NCBI GenBank assembly: GCA_029932605.1
Contig: JAOZPT010000057.1
Coordinates: 1,693-13,774 of the forward strand
DNA: 12,082 nucleotides
Origin: Candidatus Zixiibacteriota bacterium
GTDB lineage: Bacteria > Zixibacteria > MSB-5A5 > UBA10806 > 4484-95
Direction: 5' to 3'
Shown: positions 8,102 to 12,082 of the stretch, piece after piece
Position numbering within the stretch: position 1 is the stretch's first letter
Layout of the letters: each line of letters opens with the position of its first letter
The notes under the pieces: generated by a model
The model's input: the letters and a program-made list of their open reading frames with translations, nothing else
Databases searched by the model: none
What the model was told of the DNA's origin: nothing
Translations under genes and position numbers: made by a program

Positions 8102-8697
8102 GTAAATACAAATCCATAAAAGCAGGTTTACTCTGTTTTCTCTTTTTTGGGATTCTGGCCAACAATTCCTGTTTTAATCCCTTTGCCCCTACTCAAGCCG
8201 AGTCGAGGTTCTTAGCGCCGATACAGGCACAGGACGACCCTGATGATTCGACTGCGGCTGCTAATGTTATGGCTAATTTCAAATATGCTTACGAGAACAA
8301 TGATATCGATGTCTATGAAAACTGCCTTGATGATGATTTTGTCTTTATCTATATCGACCAGAATCGTTACGGTCAGATTGAGATTATTGAAGTTCCCCGT
8401 GATGGCATATCGGGTGATTTATATAGAACCCGCAGGTTATTTGAAACCTTCAATGAGATTCGCCTTGATACCTGGATACCAATCCGTTCAACTCCTGAAC
8501 CGGAGGATAACCCTGAACATCCAGGTGAGGTCTGGGAAAAATGGGATGTTAATTTCCATTTATCTTTAAGGGATATCACCGGTGATTACAATTACATCCA
8601 GTATGAGGCTAGCGGTTGGGCTCTCTTTAAATTGAGACGGTCAACCGACGGGGAGATGAGGATAAGAATCTGGGAAGATCAATCGGTAACAGATTAG
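8098..8697 (+). CDS. Hypothetical lipoprotein, probably NTF2/SnoaL-like fold (paralog 2)
   Basis: ATGA overlap with the upstream gene. Basic N-terminus, hydrophobic stretch, then NNS-C (atypical lipobox) and FNPFAP. AYENNDIDVYENCLDDDFVF ... MRIRIWED aligns with paralog 1. Confidence 0.72.
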   Translation: MSKYKSIKAGLLCFLFFGILANNSCFNPFAPTQAESRFLAPIQAQDDPDDSTAAANVMANFKYAYENNDIDVYENCLDDDFVFIYIDQNRYGQIEIIEVPRDGISGDLYRTRRLFETFNEIRLDTWIPIRSTPEPEDNPEHPGEVWEKWDVNFHLSLRDITGDYNYIQYEASGWALFKLRRSTDGEMRIRIWEDQSVTD

Positions 8698-8699
8698 TT

Positions 8700-9887
8700 A
8701 TGATAGCCTGGATACCCAGAGATCAGAGGAAAAAAGGAGTACCGTTTTGGGAAAAAATCACTCTTGTGATTCTTATTTTCATAGCCTGCGGCCTTCTGCT
8801 GATAACGTTTTATCCCGGCAAGTTAAAGGATAAAAACATCGTAGGAACCTCGATCGGTAAAATTCTTGAGACCGGCAAGGGACAATTACGAAGCCCAGCT
8901 CAGACCGAATCTCTTTTTACAAATATCATGGAGGATTTAGGCCTTGGACATGTCGCAATAGAAAAACGACATTTAAATTTCAAAGGCTTAAAAAAAAACT
9001 ATCCCTGTTATAGAGCTTCATGGCCTCAAAACTTCCCCTTCGTATGGTTTACCTTAAGATTACAGTATATTTGCAAGTATTCTGACAACCTCACTTACAA
9101 CGCAATTGAAATTAAAGATGGTAAAGGTTACCTTGCATGGTTTGTTAAATCCGCTTACAGTGATACCGTTGCTGAAATAGAGCTTAAACCAGATAAAAAT
9201 CTTCTCCCACAAGCCACCTCAATAAGTTTTATGTTTAATGATTTTGCTGATTTTAAAATCAAAGAGGCTTTAAACTTCATCTGGCTTGAACTCCCGTTTG
9301 GATTTATTTTACGACCGGATGAAATACCGGATGCAAAGCTGGCAAAAGCCTTAAAAGCAAGCAAGGGCCAGTGTATACTTGAACTTCCCGCTAACATCGA
9401 AAACTGGGACATAATCCTTAGAAGTCATAAGTTATCAGGAATAATCGAAAACAGCCAGTTAAATGAGGAAAATATCGGAAAAATTCTAGGGATGTTTCCA
9501 CGACTTAGCTCATTTTATTTCGATGAGGGCAACGGGATTGACCGAAATTTAGTAAAGCTACTTATAAACGAGGCTGAAAGGTTAAAATTAGTATACATCT
9601 ATAGAAAAACAATCCCCGGGTTGGCCGATTCATTAGTATATTCGAGCGGTTTAAGAATCAAAAGGTTTGAAGGCGTTATAAACTGTAACGGCATGACTTA
9701 TAAGAAATTAAAAAGCTTAATTGTTGATCAAACGGTTTTTTTACGTAAGCGTAACAAGGGTTTATACTTTCTTGATAGCCGTTCTGAAAATGTTGAAGTG
9801 ATTGCTTCGTTACTACCATTTCTAACAAAACTAAACATTATAGTTGTTTCGCCTTTTCGCAATGCTCAATTGGTGGAGAGGTTATGA
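8700..9887 (+). CDS. Membrane-anchored protein with a degenerate divergent polysaccharide deacetylase (YibQ-like) domain
   Basis: 395 aa with a single N-terminal TM segment (ITLVILIFIACGLLLITFY). The C-terminal half follows the family's order of elements (SISFMFNDF, LPFGFILRPD, KASKGQCILELPA, VVSP), but the conserved Asp/His motifs are substituted. The ORF is confident; the family call is moderate. Confidence 0.6.
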   Translation: MIAWIPRDQRKKGVPFWEKITLVILIFIACGLLLITFYPGKLKDKNIVGTSIGKILETGKGQLRSPAQTESLFTNIMEDLGLGHVAIEKRHLNFKGLKKNYPCYRASWPQNFPFVWFTLRLQYICKYSDNLTYNAIEIKDGKGYLAWFVKSAYSDTVAEIELKPDKNLLPQATSISFMFNDFADFKIKEALNFIWLELPFGFILRPDEIPDAKLAKALKASKGQCILELPANIENWDIILRSHKLSGIIENSQLNEENIGKILGMFPRLSSFYFDEGNGIDRNLVKLLINEAERLKLVYIYRKTIPGLADSLVYSSGLRIKRFEGVINCNGMTYKKLKSLIVDQTVFLRKRNKGLYFLDSRSENVEVIASLLPFLTKLNIIVVSPFRNAQLVERL

Positions 9888-9893
9888 TATTGT

Positions 9894-10103
9894 TTATAAA
9901 GGACTTATACAGAGAAGGCAGTGGTCGGCATTTGTTAAATCAGGAAGCCTGTCGCTGAGAAATTCATCATCGTATAGCCACTGATTAAACCGTCTTGCGA
10001 GCTGAACCGATGATAGCTCCTCAAGCCATCTAAGCTCAAAATAATCGACCGAAACACCGGAAATATCGGCATTTTTCATCGTCAATCGGAATTCAACTGT
10101 CAT
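9894..10103 (-). CDS. Small hypothetical protein (69 aa)
   Basis: Fills the gap without overlapping other genes, with its stop 6 nt from the convergent stop at 9887. Protein-like acidic, amphipathic composition. No Shine-Dalgarno; an A9 tract precedes the ATG. Confidence 0.55.
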   Translation of the reverse strand: MTVEFRLTMKNADISGVSVDYFELRWLEELSSVQLARRFNQWLYDDEFLSDRLPDLTNADHCLLCISPL

Positions 10104-10134
10104 GTTTTTTTTTATCGTCAGGTAAAGATTTTAC

Positions 10135-10163
10135 TTGACAAGAATTAAGTTAAAGGTTAAATT
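10135..10163 (+). promoter_or_regulatory. Near-consensus sigma70 promoter for the large surface protein
   Basis: Perfect TTGACA (10135-10140), 17-nt spacer, TAAATT (10158-10163). Implies a ~150-nt leader. Confidence 0.65.
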
Positions 10164-10319
10164 TTGATTGTAGGCAAGTTGTTGTTACTTCTTGGGTGCT
10201 TCTGGAGATCAGGTTTGCCGTAAGAAGGTATAACCCAAGACCGTAATTCATAAATATTTATATAGTCTTGAGAAGCGGTGATTTTAATGCTTGCACCTTA
10301 CTAACAGAGGGTATATGAA

Positions 10320-12082
10320 ATGAAATTGATACAATTTTGTTTTAAAAGGTTATATACGGTTATCAATGTTAAAAACTTAAGTTTGTTATTATTCTTAATT
10401 ACAATTCTCCCGGTTTACGGCGCTTCTGATCTCATGGTTGGCATCAAGGGTGTTGATAGTAACATTATATCCAACGATCATCCTGATTATTATAAGATTT
10501 CTGACATTATAAATACCCAGTCATCAAAAATAAAGGTGTTTGCTTCGGCCAATCTTAAGAGAAATACAAACATAATGCTTGTAATATCCGGTAACGGTGA
10601 GACATCCCCCCTTATCAATGGTCAGGTTTCTGAATATGTTCAGCAAACAAATCTGCCCTACAACCCTAATGGCTACATACCTCCATATCATATATGGAAT
10701 CTTGGTAAGGTAACTGATTCAGAAGACGGTTGGAGATTTTCTTTTAACTACCAAAAAAATGATTATTATGAGAAATCGATTAGTATAGATGGAATTAATC
10801 AAGAATGTCAAATATGGGCATTTATTGACGATGATAATAATTATATCTATTCATCAGGGGAAAGTATATCAAATCAATTTATAGAAGAATATCCCAATCA
10901 TCCAGTAGCGTATGTTGTGCCTGAAAATGGTGCTATTATTTTCTCTAAATATTATGATGGCAATGATGATTTAAACGAAATTATAACGTGTGAACCTCTA
11001 CCTTACCTTGTTGTAGATGGTGATACACTTGATCCTGTAGCCGATGATACCACCGATGTTTTAATTACACTTTGCGATGGCACACAATACTGGACTTTGC
11101 TAAAAGAGTATACTCCGTGGGAGGACGTAAACCATTTCAGTTATTATACTGATTTGGATGTTGGCGATGACCAGACCTTGATTTTTGGCGGACATGACAG
11201 TGAAGGACATGTCACAATAACCTCGATTTCCGATGAAATTCCCTTAGGTTTGGTATTATTAAACGACATCAACGGTGACTCCATTTATAATGGTAATGAC
11301 TCTTACCTATTTTCTCAACGCCACCTTACCCGGGGGTCTTACGATGACAATTATCAATGGTTTATGGTTTATGATGTGAGTGCCTATAAAGGCACTGGAG
11401 CAACATACCACTTTGTCACTCACACCGAGGATTTCACAACCACCGGTGATTTCGACTACTTAATTTATATAGATGACGACCACACCGGACCCAATTTCGA
11501 CCATAATGATATGATTCTTGGAATCTTATGTAACCGTCCGCCAGTTTGTCAGGTGCCTTGTGACCAAACCATTTTCCAATGCGAACCAACAGAAGCATGT
11601 CTGCCAGTATCGTGCTTTGACCCAGACGATAATTTATTGCCCGGCTACCCAATAATTGTAGATGGCCCTGGTGTAATCACTGAGGGCAACTGGTGCTACA
11701 CTCCATCTGGTAATGAGGTCGTAAATGTTACAATACGCTGTGAAGATGATCTTGGTGATTATTGTGAGGAGACATTTACCATAACTTTCCAGATGAATAG
11801 ACCTCCGGTTGCCTCCTGCCCCGGCGATACAACGATATTCTTATGTGACACCACCGAGATATGCATCCCGGGATTTATCTATTATGACCCCGATAACAAC
11901 GTTGCCTACACTACCGTTATAGGCTGTGAAATATACGAAGATACCGTTTGCTTCACACCTGAAGGAAACGAGAAAACCATTACCTTCATAGTTACAGACT
12001 CATGTGATGTATCGGATACATGCCAGACTCATGTAAATATTATCTTCAATAGCCCACCTGCCTGCCATGTGCCGAACGACAC
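10320..12082 (+). CDS. Large secreted/surface protein (>587 aa, truncated by the window end) with Ca-binding-type loops, a DUF4114-like domain and Cys-rich cadherin/Ig-like repeats
   Basis: Absent from the ORF track because it has no stop in the window. Manual translation from ATG 10320 is open to the end: MKLIQFCFKRLYTVINVKNLSLLLFLITILPVYGASD...ILCNRPPVCQVPCDQTIF...FNSPPACHVPND. RBS GAGGG at 10307-10311. Signal-peptide-like N-terminus; very Asp-rich. Confidence 0.9.
   Translation, partial: MKLIQFCFKRLYTVINVKNLSLLLFLITILPVYGASDLMVGIKGVDSNIISNDHPDYYKISDIINTQSSKIKVFASANLKRNTNIMLVISGNGETSPLINGQVSEYVQQTNLPYNPNGYIPPYHIWNLGKVTDSEDGWRFSFNYQKNDYYEKSISIDGINQECQIWAFIDDDNNYIYSSGESISNQFIEEYPNHPVAYVVPENGAIIFSKYYDGNDDLNEIITCEPLPYLVVDGDTLDPVADDTTDVLITLCDGTQYWTLLKEYTPWEDVNHFSYYTDLDVGDDQTLIFGGHDSEGHVTITSISDEIPLGLVLLNDINGDSIYNGNDSYLFSQRHLTRGSYDDNYQWFMVYDVSAYKGTGATYHFVTHTEDFTTTGDFDYLIYIDDDHTGPNFDHNDMILGILCNRPPVCQVPCDQTIFQCEPTEACLPVSCFDPDDNLLPGYPIIVDGPGVITEGNWCYTPSGNEVVNVTIRCEDDLGDYCEETFTITFQMNRPPVASCPGDTTIFLCDTTEICIPGFIYYDPDNNVAYTTVIGCEIYEDTVCFTPEGNEKTITFIVTDSCDVSDTCQTHVNIIFNSPPACHVPND
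11532..12082 (+). repeat. Protein-level tandem repeats of ~84-88 aa beginning N[RS]PP
   Basis: Units start at 11532 (88 aa), 11796 (84 aa) and 12048 (partial). Shared pattern N[RS]PP..., DxTIFxC, ExC[LI]P, DPDxN, C[YF]TPxG, and TxxxxxxD..C. Confidence 0.85.

Noticed and set aside
5110..10113. A9/T9 homopolymers (5110-5118, 8990-8998, 10105-10113) as phase-variation tracts
   Set aside because: Expected from Lys codons in AT-rich DNA; reading frames are intact and one tract lies in housekeeping rsmA.
10170..10290. c-di-GMP-I riboswitch or RfaH ops site in the surface-protein leader
   Set aside because: Lacks the GNRA tetraloop, GCAAA junction and receptor of c-di-GMP-I. AGCGGTG is only a partial match to ops (GGCGGTAG).
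10315..10323. Mini-ORF ATG AAA TGA overlapping the surface protein start
   Set aside because: RBS spacing favours ATG 10320 (8 nt) over 10315 (3 nt); no further evidence of a regulatory role.
1217..11652. Remaining short track ORFs nested in or antisense to confident genes (e.g. 1217, 1425, 2070, 2221, 2822, 2845, 4405, 4932, 5182, 5375, 5394, 7077, 7505, 8243, 8373, 9155, 11434)
   Set aside because: Shadow frames of well-supported CDSs, with no motifs or convincing RBS.

Overview
Bacterial chromosomal window, mostly housekeeping and envelope genes. I saw no transposase, integrase, CRISPR array, tRNA or rRNA. Gene order: pruA (P5C dehydrogenase, +); an inverted REP-like hairpin doublet; a PspC-domain protein and a class I SAM methyltransferase (both -); a ~410-nt structured divergent intergenic region; then a tightly coupled six-gene + strand operon (3558-9887). 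The operon encodes a TatD/radical-SAM fusion, rsmA, a predicted outer-membrane beta-barrel, two paralogous 'NPFA' lipoproteins and a membrane-anchored, apparently catalytically degenerate divergent-polysaccharide-deacetylase-like protein. A 69-aa orphan (-) follows. A large secreted protein that the ORF track missed starts at 10320 and runs off the window; it has Ca-binding-type loops, a DUF4114-like domain and Cys-rich cadherin/Ig-like repeats. The protein repertoire suggests a diderm of the FCB group, possibly Zixibacteria-like (inference only). Best candidates for undescribed biology: the barrel + twin lipoprotein + pseudoenzyme envelope module, the Cys-rich surface protein, and two putative switchable RNA leaders.
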